From Opitutales bacterium (lineage in GTDB: Bacteria > Verrucomicrobiota > Verrucomicrobiia > Opitutales > Coraliomargaritaceae), in the NCBI GenBank assembly GCA_049598495.1, contig JBMYNR010000008.1:1-49353 (forward strand): a DNA stretch of 49,353 bases. The letters run 5' to 3'. Numbering within the stretch: the stretch's first letter is position 1; the number at the start of each line of letters is the position of its first letter. The notes beneath the pieces were generated by a model. That model was not told the DNA's origin, searched no databases, and saw only the letters and a program-made list of their open reading frames with translations. The translations under genes and the position numbers were made by a program. Below, in pieces: positions 9,659 to 18,555 of the stretch.

Positions 9659-12008
9659 CGTTTACGATAGAGTCTTTTTCGCTTCCAGAGGCTTCGGTGA
9701 TTTCGGCCTTTGTTTTCGGATACTCTACCCGTGCGTGAAGCATATTCAGCACGGTGTAGACAAAGCTTTTTCGGATGAGGGCCAATTCGTGGAAGGTCAG
9801 CGGACAGTCATCGAGTTGGCCGTCTTCGATACGGTCCTTGAAGATGCGATCAATGAGTTCCTCAACGTTTGGTTGGGTCACTTTCTTCAGGCTTCGGCTG
9901 GCGGCTTCCACACTATCCGCGAAGAATATGATGGCACTTTCTTTGAACTCGGGCTTGGGGCCGTCGTAGCGGTAGGTGCTCTCCTCAACGTCGCTTGCCT
10001 CCTTTAACTTCTCCTTTTCTCGCGCCTGATGGTAGAAATATTGGATCAGAGTCGTGCCGTGGTGCTGGCGAATCACATCGATAATGACGCGTGGTAACTT
10101 ATTCTTCCGGGCCATTTCGACCCCTTCCTTGACGTGTGCCTTAATTACAAGGGCGCTCATGGAAGGATTCTTTTCATCGTGGGGGTTGCTGCGGTCACGC
10201 TGGTTCTCGGTGAAATACTCGGGCTTTACCAGCTTCCCGATATCATGGAAGAAGCAGCATACCCGGCAGAGCAGTGGGCTTGCGCCGATTTCGGCGGCGG
10301 CGTTTTCTGAGAGGTTGGCGACCATCAGGCTGTGGTGGTATGTGCCCGGTGCTTCCATCTGCATTTTGCGCAGAAGCGGGTGGTTGAAGTCGGTGAGTTC
10401 GAGCAGGGTAATTTCGGTTGTGATCTTGAACAGGTTTTCAAAGACCGGAAGAAGGCCAACGGCCAGAATGCCCGTGAGTGAACCGACGACGAGTGCGACC
10501 ATCGTCTGTTGTCCGACCAGACCCAGTGAGAAGCCATTGAGCAGGCCCACGACGGCACCGGCGATGGCTGCCGTTGCTCCGGCGAGCAGGCCGGCTCGGA
10601 CAAGCTTGGAACGTTGGCGAATATTGCTGGAAGCGAAGCTGCCTACGACGCCCGAAAGGAAGGCGATGAGGATGAACTCGATCGAGTTATTCTGAATGAT
10701 CCCGAAGAGCACCGCGATGATAAGTGCGGATAGGACTGCCGGGGAGCCGCCCACAAGCACAGCCACTAGAATGGGCGCGAGTGCATAGGGCGCAGTGTAG
10801 GGAAGCATACTAAGAGAGGGTCGACTGTTGATCAGCGTGCTTTCTCCGATCTCCATGATGATTCGGATAATTAAGAGATTGAGCAGAATACTGACAGCTG
10901 TAATCGCAATCGCACGGTTCCGTTTTTGGAACTCGCGGAGCCCCTGTTTGATGTAGATGTAGACGGCGATGAGTAGAATCGAGGTGAGGATGAAACGCTC
11001 GCTGAAAAGCTCGTTGAAGATCAGGGAATTGCCCCGTCGCTCCTGTTCGATCTTGCGGTAGGCTGCCAGTCGTTCGATATCCTCGGGTGAGACAATAGCC
11101 CCAGGTTCTATCAAGGTATCCCCCTCCTGGAAACTGACGACGCTTGGTTCGAGATCTCCAATGGCTCGCTGGATCGCGCGATTCGTTCCAGTCGCACTAT
11201 AGAGAAGATTGGGCTTCAGTCCCTCTCGGAAAATATCGAAGAGCACACCTGCGGTTTCGAAGTCGCGCGCGCGAGCATTGATCCGCACGCGAAGGGCGAC
11301 GAGCGCATCCGTTTGTGAGCGGGCATCGGGAAGATTGTAACGCCCCTCCTCATCGACGAGTTGAATGACGGTGACCTGCGGCCCCGTTGTCGTGGCGCGA
11401 TTTGCCGAATACATACCGTCTTTGTAGAGTGACTCGAGAACGGATAGGGCATCGTTGAAGAGCGCGGAACGTTCCCGTGGCGTGGTTTGGGAAGTCAGTT
11501 TGGTGATCTGCTCGGGGTCGATCGAGAGACCGTAGGACTCGATTAGAGAGGTGGCTGTTTTCAGCAGTTCGCTCTGAAGCATTTCGCTGCCTTCGGATTC
11601 ATATTCGATCTCATTCTTGGCGATGCTGCGGTTGAGATCATTAATGAACTCACGGAAATTCTCAAAAGGCTCAAAGGTTCGCTGGAAAACAGGCGGGACT
11701 TGGGCGCGGACAGCGGTCGCTGATTTTTCGGCCCGAACGGAGCTCTCATACTCGAATCCAAATTCAGCTACGATCCGTGTCGGTGCTGCCTGATTGAGGA
11801 TCACACGGGGCCCTTTCGGTTTCTGGCCGAGGAAGCAGATGATAATCACGAGTGCCGAGAAGAGGGTGAATAACCCCGCCTTGATCAATCGACTCGTTTC
11901 AAAAAAGAGAATCGTTGGTGATTCTTTCCCCCGCCCAGCGTGCTTGCGAGGCGCTCCGGCACCGTCTTTCGATTTACGTGTTTTGTTTTGTTTAGGAAAT
12001 AGAGCCAT
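9627..12008 (-). CDS. 7TM-HD (HDIG) phosphohydrolase, PgpH-like
   Basis: Large extracytoplasmic domain, multi-TM block, EAPGTYHHS, HDIGK, QHHGT and ADSVEAA motifs; lies between phoH and ybeY. Confidence 0.93.
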   Translation of the reverse strand: MALFPKQNKTRKSKDGAGAPRKHAGRGKESPTILFFETSRLIKAGLFTLFSALVIIICFLGQKPKGPRVILNQAAPTRIVAEFGFEYESSVRAEKSATAVRAQVPPVFQRTFEPFENFREFINDLNRSIAKNEIEYESEGSEMLQSELLKTATSLIESYGLSIDPEQITKLTSQTTPRERSALFNDALSVLESLYKDGMYSANRATTTGPQVTVIQLVDEEGRYNLPDARSQTDALVALRVRINARARDFETAGVLFDIFREGLKPNLLYSATGTNRAIQRAIGDLEPSVVSFQEGDTLIEPGAIVSPEDIERLAAYRKIEQERRGNSLIFNELFSERFILTSILLIAVYIYIKQGLREFQKRNRAIAITAVSILLNLLIIRIIMEIGESTLINSRPSLSMLPYTAPYALAPILVAVLVGGSPAVLSALIIAVLFGIIQNNSIEFILIAFLSGVVGSFASSNIRQRSKLVRAGLLAGATAAIAGAVVGLLNGFSLGLVGQQTMVALVVGSLTGILAVGLLPVFENLFKITTEITLLELTDFNHPLLRKMQMEAPGTYHHSLMVANLSENAAAEIGASPLLCRVCCFFHDIGKLVKPEYFTENQRDRSNPHDEKNPSMSALVIKAHVKEGVEMARKNKLPRVIIDVIRQHHGTTLIQYFYHQAREKEKLKEASDVEESTYRYDGPKPEFKESAIIFFADSVEAASRSLKKVTQPNVEELIDRIFKDRIEDGQLDDCPLTFHELALIRKSFVYTVLNMLHARVEYPKTKAEITEASGSEKDSIVNDAGTADQQPV

Positions 12009-12046
12009 CGGGCAAATGGTGTTGAAAGGTGAGATTTCGAGCTAGC

Positions 12047-12997
12047 TTAGTTAGCGTTTCGAGCATAGGCGTTAATAATATCTTGGACGAGTGGGTGGCG
12101 AACCACGTCCTGACCACCGAAATTAAAAAGGCAGATTCGTTGAATACCCTTCAAAATACGAGTGGCTTCCTTGAGCCCGGACTGTTTGGCACGGGGTAAG
12201 TCGATCTGGGTGATATCGCCCGTCACCACCATTCGACTGCCGTCGCCGAGACGGGTCAGGAACATCATCATTTGCTCATGTGTGGTGTTTTGTGCTTCGT
12301 CCAATACGACGAAGGCATTGGCTAGAGTGCGTCCTCGCATGTAGGCCAGTGGGGCGATCTCGACAATGCCACGTTCAACGAGTTGGGCGGTTTGCTCCTT
12401 GCCCACCATGTCGTTCATGGCGTCATAAAGTGGCGTCAGGTAAGGGAGGATCTTTTCCTGTAACTCGCCTGGGAGAAAGCCGAGTGCTTCACCCGCTTCG
12501 ACGGCCGGGCGAGTGAGGATGATACGTTCCACCTTTCCCTCGAGTAATTCCTTGAGTGCCATCGCCATGGCGAGAAAGGTCTTACCAGTTCCGGCGGGAC
12601 CGATCCCGAATGTGATAGGGTGCCGATCAATCGCCTGGAGGTAGCGTTTTTGGTTCAGTGTTTTGGGCACCACGCTTTGGCGTTTGAGTTTGATGACTAA
12701 GGGGTTCCGGTAGATCTCGCGTAACTCATCCGTTTTGTCATCAGCGACGCAGCGCAGAGTGTAGTGGAAATCCGATCCTCGAATACGCAGGCCCTGCTCG
12801 CGAGCGGACTCCAGGAGCTCAAAAAGCCCTCGGACGGCGAGGATACCTTCCGAGCTACCCTCGACCGTAAGCCAGTCGTCACGTGTGGTTAAGCGGACAC
12901 CGAGCGTATGTTCGGCCTCCTCGAGGTTGCGGTCGTCGTCAGCGTAGAGTAGGCTCAGCTGTCGGGCGTTGGGGAAGTGAATCGTCTCGGACGGCAT
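12047..12997 (-). CDS. phoH: PhoH-family ATPase
   Basis: GPAGTGKT Walker A, RPAVEAGEALGFLPG, AYMRGRT, DEAQN, GDITQIDLP, VVRHPLV. Confidence 0.97.
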   Translation of the reverse strand: MPSETIHFPNARQLSLLYADDDRNLEEAEHTLGVRLTTRDDWLTVEGSSEGILAVRGLFELLESAREQGLRIRGSDFHYTLRCVADDKTDELREIYRNPLVIKLKRQSVVPKTLNQKRYLQAIDRHPITFGIGPAGTGKTFLAMAMALKELLEGKVERIILTRPAVEAGEALGFLPGELQEKILPYLTPLYDAMNDMVGKEQTAQLVERGIVEIAPLAYMRGRTLANAFVVLDEAQNTTHEQMMMFLTRLGDGSRMVVTGDITQIDLPRAKQSGLKEATRILKGIQRICLFNFGGQDVVRHPLVQDIINAYARNAN

Positions 12998-13006
12998 TAT
13001 GATCGC

Positions 13007-13546
13007 TTAATTATCCTCCACGCATTCGTGAAGTCGCTGCCACATGGCGTCCATGGAATCCGGGAGGACGCGAGTGTTACCAATCACCGGCATAAAATTA
13101 GTGTCTCCGTTCCAGCGGGGAACGACATGGCAGTGCAAATGGCAGGGGATCCCGGCTCCACCGGCGTCTCCGAAATTAAAGCCCGTATTGAAGCCGTTCG
13201 GGCGTAGTGCACGAGTCAGGATATTTTGTGCTTCGATAATCATATCCATTAATTCGTGGCGCTCTTCTTTCTTTAGATCTTCGAGCTTGGCCACCTCACG
13301 ATAGGGTAGGACAAGAAGGTGCCCTGCATTATACGGGTAGCGATTCATCACGATATAATTGTAGACCCCGCGCAGTAGGATATACTCCTTTGCGTCATCA
13401 CCTGTTTGGGTGATTTGAGTAAAGGGATTGCTGCTCTCGTCGGGGTTCTTTGGCGCGAGAATATAAGGCATACGCCAGTATGCGTGTAGCCGTTCCATCG
13501 AAGGCGGGAGTTGAGCAGGCGTTTGCGTCTGTCCGGATTTATCCAT
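13007..13546 (-). CDS. HIT-family nucleotide hydrolase (Ap4A phosphorylase-like subgroup)
   Basis: HLHCHVVPRW histidine triad, NRYPYNAGH, GDTNFM; start uncertain (13558, 13546 or 13498). Confidence 0.92.
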   Translation of the reverse strand: MDKSGQTQTPAQLPPSMERLHAYWRMPYILAPKNPDESSNPFTQITQTGDDAKEYILLRGVYNYIVMNRYPYNAGHLLVLPYREVAKLEDLKKEERHELMDMIIEAQNILTRALRPNGFNTGFNFGDAGGAGIPCHLHCHVVPRWNGDTNFMPVIGNTRVLPDSMDAMWQRLHECVEDN

Positions 13547-13698
13547 AAAAGAACTCAATAAGGTAAAGTATTCAAAAGGCTCAGTCGATGGTTAATTCAT
13601 TGGGCAATCGGGCTTTTCTGAGTTGCTTTGGGCATGTGCCGAGACAATCCTCTGCAGTGTTTATCCACTTTAGCAGATAGCTTGTTGACCTAACGACC

Positions 13699-14727
13699 GT
13701 GAGCGAATCCCCCGAAAATCAAAATTTCAAAAACCTCCAGACGGAGCAGATTTTGGCCGCCTGTCTGATGGCAGGGTTCGCGTTTTTTACTGCATGGGAT
13801 CAGGTGCACTGGTGGAGCCACCGCGAAGAATATAGTTTTGGTTATCTTGTGCCTCTTTTCGTCACCTACGTTGTCTATGATCGCTGGCCAGAGATGCGTC
13901 GCTTATTATTTATGGGCGCGATTCCGCAAGACTCGCCGGCTGGTTTGGGAGAGAGAACTGGAGTGGTTCGGGTCATTGAAGCGGTTGCATTTGTTGCCTT
14001 TGGGGTCTCGCTTCTTCTTTTTGGACTTGGGGCTGTGTTGCGAGCGGCGACGGGCCCGCAGAATCCGGCATCACTGGCAATCGCGGCCGGCCTGGCTGGT
14101 TTCGTTTTGAGCGGGGTGTTTATTTTTGCCAAGCAGCGGGTTGATGGTGCGTGCATGCCACTCAAGCAGCGTCTTGCCTTGGTCGCTCTTTTCGTCTTCC
14201 CCGCCCTCATCTGGTTCATCTCGGCACCACTGGTCTCTGTTCTTGAGACACAAATTCGTGTCTTCCTCCTGAATAAGGTAACTGTTATTGTCTTTTCCCT
14301 TTTGGACTTTCTCGGGTTCGAAATTGAGCGTCAGGGCAACGTCCTGATCCTGCCGGAGGGACAGGTTGGAGTCGAGGAAGCCTGTTCGGGCATTCGTTCG
14401 CTGACTGCCTGTCTTTTTGCCGGTTCCTTCCTTGCTGCAGTCTTTATGAGGCGACTTTGGAAAAAGGTGCTGCTTGTCGCGGCGGCTATGGGCTTTGCGG
14501 TTTTGACCAATTTGATCCGTAGTATGTTTTTGACTCTATGGGCCTATCGTAATGGTTCAGGGTCCATTGATGAGCATTGGGTGCTCCCTTTTATCGGAGA
14601 TATCGGCTCTGTGCATGATGTGACCGGGATGGCGATTTTATTGGTGACCTGTATCGGATTGGTCTGCCTCCTGCCGATCATCAATTACCAGCTGCCTGTG
14701 TTTGATCACGAGGAAGATGAGCCCTAA
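13699..14727 (+). CDS. Exosortase/archaeosortase-family membrane protein
   Basis: Multi-TM; EEYSFGYLVP, VEEACSGIRSL (catalytic Cys), NLIR (Arg), HD (His). Confidence 0.9.
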   Translation: MSESPENQNFKNLQTEQILAACLMAGFAFFTAWDQVHWWSHREEYSFGYLVPLFVTYVVYDRWPEMRRLLFMGAIPQDSPAGLGERTGVVRVIEAVAFVAFGVSLLLFGLGAVLRAATGPQNPASLAIAAGLAGFVLSGVFIFAKQRVDGACMPLKQRLALVALFVFPALIWFISAPLVSVLETQIRVFLLNKVTVIVFSLLDFLGFEIERQGNVLILPEGQVGVEEACSGIRSLTACLFAGSFLAAVFMRRLWKKVLLVAAAMGFAVLTNLIRSMFLTLWAYRNGSGSIDEHWVLPFIGDIGSVHDVTGMAILLVTCIGLVCLLPIINYQLPVFDHEEDEP

Positions 14728-16222
14728 GCGAGAGGCTAAAACGAAGGCACCGCAGCGAATCCTCATGGTCTCGCCTGAAGTCGCGCCCTTTAAAAAGGTA
14801 GGTGGCCTCGCAGACGTTGTCTCGGCACTGTCCAAGTCGCTAGCAGCCCGCGGGCACGAGGTTCGTATTTTTACGCCACGTTACGGTGATCTGTTCGGAT
14901 TCACGGACGCGACCCCCATGGATCCGCCGCTCATTGTACGTCTGGGTGGGCACGAAGCCTACGGGCGTATCTGGCAATGTGCGCTCCCGGGAAGCGCGGC
15001 GTCCTGTTACTTTATCGAGCATAATCAGTATTTCGGCGGATCAGATGTCTACAGGGCTTACCATGGCAATGAAGATGAAAGCGGCCAGCGCTTCACATTT
15101 CTTAGTCGTGCTGCCATCGATTTCTGCGAGCAGACGGATTGGATCCCGGATATCGTACATTGTCACGACTGGGCCTCCGGCTTGATACCCGTCTATATGA
15201 ACACAACGGAAATGGATCGACCGCTTGGTCGCTCGGCCTCTGTATTTACGATTCATAATCTCGAGCATCATGGATGGTTCCACCGAAGCCTTTTAGATTT
15301 TTCAGGGCTTCCCGAATCGGTGTTTCGTAGTGACGGACTCGAGTCAATGGGTGAGCTGAATATGTTGAAAGGTGGCCTCTATCATGCGACCAAGATCACC
15401 ACGGTCAGCCCGACCTATGCCGCCGAGGTGCAGACTCCGGACGGTGGGCATGGCTTGAATGCTTTACTGCGTTTTCGTGCACCTGATCTAATCGGCGTAT
15501 TGAACGGCGTGGATACGGATGAGTGGAATCCACAGACGGATCCGTATATTCCAGAGCCTTTTAGCCTGAACAATATGGGCGGCAAGGCCAATGCCAAGGC
15601 GGCCCTCCAAGCGAGCTATGGTCTTGAAGTTTGTCCGGATGTTCCGCTCTTTGCGGTGGTTTCTCGCCTGGCGAATCAAAAGGGCCTCGATCTACTCGCG
15701 GGAATTGTGAATCGTCTGCTCGCGGACATGAAGATCCAGATTGCTGTCCTCGGTGCGGGTGAGAGCTATCTCGAACACGCTTTTCATGAACTTACGGCAC
15801 GCCATCCCGGACGTTTTGGTTCTTATATCGGTTTTAACAATGAGCTTGCTCACCTCACGATGGCGGGGGCGGATTGCTTGATTATGCCGAGTCGTTATGA
15901 GCCCTGTGGTCTCGGGCAAATGTATGCGATGATTTATGGGACGGTGCCTGTGGTTCGTGCGACGGGCGGTCTTATCGATACGGTTCAACCCTTTGTCGAG
16001 GGGACGGGCGAGGGCACTGGCTTTGTGTTTGAATATCCGACACAGGATGCGCTCTATTGCGCGATTGGTTGGGCTTGCGCCACCTACTACGACCGGCCGA
16101 AGGAGTTCCGCCAGCTTCAGAAGAATGGCATGCGGGGCGATTACACCTGGGAGAAGTCGGCGGCGCGTTATGAATCCGTCTACGAATGGGCTCGTGAAGC
16201 GCGGGACTTGGCGTTCGGATGA
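14717..16222 (+). CDS. glgA: Glycogen synthase
   Basis: KVGGLADV ADP-glucose motif, HCHDW, FTIHNL, PSRYEPCGL; start ATG 14717 overlaps the exosortase 3' end. Confidence 0.96.
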   Translation: MSPKREAKTKAPQRILMVSPEVAPFKKVGGLADVVSALSKSLAARGHEVRIFTPRYGDLFGFTDATPMDPPLIVRLGGHEAYGRIWQCALPGSAASCYFIEHNQYFGGSDVYRAYHGNEDESGQRFTFLSRAAIDFCEQTDWIPDIVHCHDWASGLIPVYMNTTEMDRPLGRSASVFTIHNLEHHGWFHRSLLDFSGLPESVFRSDGLESMGELNMLKGGLYHATKITTVSPTYAAEVQTPDGGHGLNALLRFRAPDLIGVLNGVDTDEWNPQTDPYIPEPFSLNNMGGKANAKAALQASYGLEVCPDVPLFAVVSRLANQKGLDLLAGIVNRLLADMKIQIAVLGAGESYLEHAFHELTARHPGRFGSYIGFNNELAHLTMAGADCLIMPSRYEPCGLGQMYAMIYGTVPVVRATGGLIDTVQPFVEGTGEGTGFVFEYPTQDALYCAIGWACATYYDRPKEFRQLQKNGMRGDYTWEKSAARYESVYEWAREARDLAFG

Positions 16223-16242
16223 TTCGCCGAAGACTACTTTAG

Positions 16243-17178
16243 TTAAACCGAGGCGAGTTCTTTGGCTTGAGCGACCGCTTCTTTTTGAGCGGCTTGCTCC
16301 GCGAGCATCGCGCGACGGCGTGCGCGCACATCGTATTTCGCGGACTGTTCATCGGCGTGGTAGGAAGAACGAATAAGTGGGCCTGATTCACAGACGCCAA
16401 AGCCGGCCTCAAGGGCATATTCCTTCCAGCGCTGGAATTCGTCCGGAGTGACCCAACGGTCAATGGCCGCATGTTCCTTGGAAGGTTGAAGGTACTGGCC
16501 GATGGTCAACACATCGACCCCGACGGCGGCCATATCGTCGAGAACTTCCTTAATCTCACCCTCTCTTTCACCGATCCCCAGCATGATCCCGGACTTAGTG
16601 ATGAAGCCGCGTGATTTTGCATGTTCGAGCACCCAGAGCGAGCGGTCGTAGCGAGCGGTCTTACGAATGGGCCGTTGGAGACGCTTCACAGTTTCCAAGT
16701 TGTGGTTGAAAATGTCCGGGCAGGCATCGAGGACCAGGTCGAGATATTCCTGCTGGCCACGGAAGTCGGCCGTCAGTACTTCGACCGCGCATTCGGGCAT
16801 GCGGTGATGCACCGCGCGGATGGTGGCGGCCCAGACAGAGGCTCCGCCGTCCTTTAAGTCGTCCCGCGCGACGGAGGTAATGACGGCATGTTTCAAATTC
16901 ATTCGGGCAATGGATTCGGCGACACGAGCTGGTTCTCCGAGATCAAGTTCGGTAGGACGTCCCGTTTGGATGGCGCAAAAACGACAGGATCGTGTACAGA
17001 TGTTTCCCAGAATCATCACGGTGGCGGTACCACGCGACCAGCATTCGCCCATGTTTGGGCATTGTGCACTCTTACAAACAGTGTGGAGCTCGTTTGTATC
17101 CACGATCTCGCGCACCTCCTTGTATTCGGGGCTGGTGGGAAGTTTGGCTCGGAGCCAATCTGGCTTTCGGTTATCCAT
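16243..17178 (-). CDS. lipA: Lipoyl synthase
   Basis: KPDWLR, CKSAQCPNMGEC, CTRSCRFC radical-SAM motif, RSSY; likely start ATG 17178. Confidence 0.97.
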   Translation of the reverse strand: MDNRKPDWLRAKLPTSPEYKEVREIVDTNELHTVCKSAQCPNMGECWSRGTATVMILGNICTRSCRFCAIQTGRPTELDLGEPARVAESIARMNLKHAVITSVARDDLKDGGASVWAATIRAVHHRMPECAVEVLTADFRGQQEYLDLVLDACPDIFNHNLETVKRLQRPIRKTARYDRSLWVLEHAKSRGFITKSGIMLGIGEREGEIKEVLDDMAAVGVDVLTIGQYLQPSKEHAAIDRWVTPDEFQRWKEYALEAGFGVCESGPLIRSSYHADEQSAKYDVRARRRAMLAEQAAQKEAVAQAKELASV

Positions 17179-18502
17179 CTTTCTGCGTAGTGTTCTCAAA
17201 AACTCTTTGAAATTCAACTGCTAAACGTGCTTTTACTTCGGTCGGAGTGACGGAACGATCCAACTCCTGAGCCAGAGAGGTCACGCTACCATCGGTAATT
17301 CCGCAGGGTATGATACCTTCGAAGTGTTCCATGTTGGGGTCGATGTTGAGGGCGAAACCGTGGTAGGTGATCCAGCTCCTAACCGCGACCCCGATCGCGC
17401 AGATCTTACGTGCATTGTCGATCCAGATGCCAGTTTTGCCTTCGCGTCGATCTGCCGGGAGGCCATAGGCAGCGAGCGTCCGGATGACGACCTCTTCGAG
17501 GTCGCGGAGATAGGCGTGCAGATCCTTTTTTTGCTGCAGCGATAGTATAGGATAGCCAACGATCTGACCTGGACCGTGATAGGTGATATCACCCCCGCGG
17601 TTGGATTGGATAATTGAAATTCCGTTTTCGGCACACACAGCATCGGACCAGAGTAAATGCTGATCTGCCCCTTTACGTAGTCCCATCGTATAAACGGGGT
17701 CGTGTTCGGTGAAGATCAAAGCATCCAGGCAACAATCTTTCTTTCGCAGGTCGACGCGTTCCCTCTGGCGTAGAAAGGCATCCTCATAGTTGGTGCGGCC
17801 CCAGTCGATGACGTCGATTCCTGTGGTCATTCGATCAAGTAGTTTGAATAGCACCTGCTGCATAGTGGTGTATGTGTCAGTCGGTTCTGCATTGAGTTGC
17901 TCTGCCGACATGACAAAGGCCGATGGCTTGAGTTCATCTCCGCAGGCCCTTGCCAGGTCGGCGAGGCTTTCATGCGTCGTTTCAAGGTGACATTGTAAGG
18001 CGAGCACCCTGTCGCCGTAAAGAAAGCCTTGGTGGTCACAGACTTCACTGGCGGCGATTCGGTGGGCACCCTCTGGGATCTCAAAGCGGTCTCCGTGCCA
18101 GTGCAAGACCCGTAGACAGTCCGGGAGCGGGAAGTAATCCGGGCACTCAGGTGTACGTTGGATCGGATACCAACCTATCTCCGTTTGAGAACTTCTCGTG
18201 ACAGGCGCACCCAGCACGTCGGCTATCAGTTGTCCACCAAGGCAAATTCCGATAAGATATTTACCTGCATCCATCGCAGCACGGATAAAGTTTTTTTCAC
18301 CCTTCAGCCAGGGATACGCCTCATATTCGTAAATATTCATGGGGCCACCCATCACGCATAGAAAATCAAAGCTATCGAGTTTTGGGAGTGCCCGATTTTC
18401 ATAAACGGGGTGGCAGTGTAGAATGTGTCCGCGCGCCGCTGCCCAGTCGGCGATCGCGGCCGGGCCTTCGAATGGAACGTGTTTTAGGCAGAGGATGCGC
18501 AT
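17171..18502 (-). CDS. lipB: Fusion of a class I glutamine amidotransferase-like domain and octanoyltransferase LipB
   Basis: aa 1-224 GATase (HVPFEGP, MGGPM, GICLGGQ, WHGD, QCHLE); aa 225-443 LipB (EHDPVYTMG, RGGDITYHGPGQ, KICAIG, HGFALN, IPCG); no stop between them. Confidence 0.92.
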   Translation of the reverse strand: MRILCLKHVPFEGPAAIADWAAARGHILHCHPVYENRALPKLDSFDFLCVMGGPMNIYEYEAYPWLKGEKNFIRAAMDAGKYLIGICLGGQLIADVLGAPVTRSSQTEIGWYPIQRTPECPDYFPLPDCLRVLHWHGDRFEIPEGAHRIAASEVCDHQGFLYGDRVLALQCHLETTHESLADLARACGDELKPSAFVMSAEQLNAEPTDTYTTMQQVLFKLLDRMTTGIDVIDWGRTNYEDAFLRQRERVDLRKKDCCLDALIFTEHDPVYTMGLRKGADQHLLWSDAVCAENGISIIQSNRGGDITYHGPGQIVGYPILSLQQKKDLHAYLRDLEEVVIRTLAAYGLPADRREGKTGIWIDNARKICAIGVAVRSWITYHGFALNIDPNMEHFEGIIPCGITDGSVTSLAQELDRSVTPTEVKARLAVEFQRVFENTTQKDG

Positions 18503-18555
18503 GGCGAATTGCTGGCTAAAGACGGTTGTCTTTCTCGGCTTGGAGTCTAGATTAA

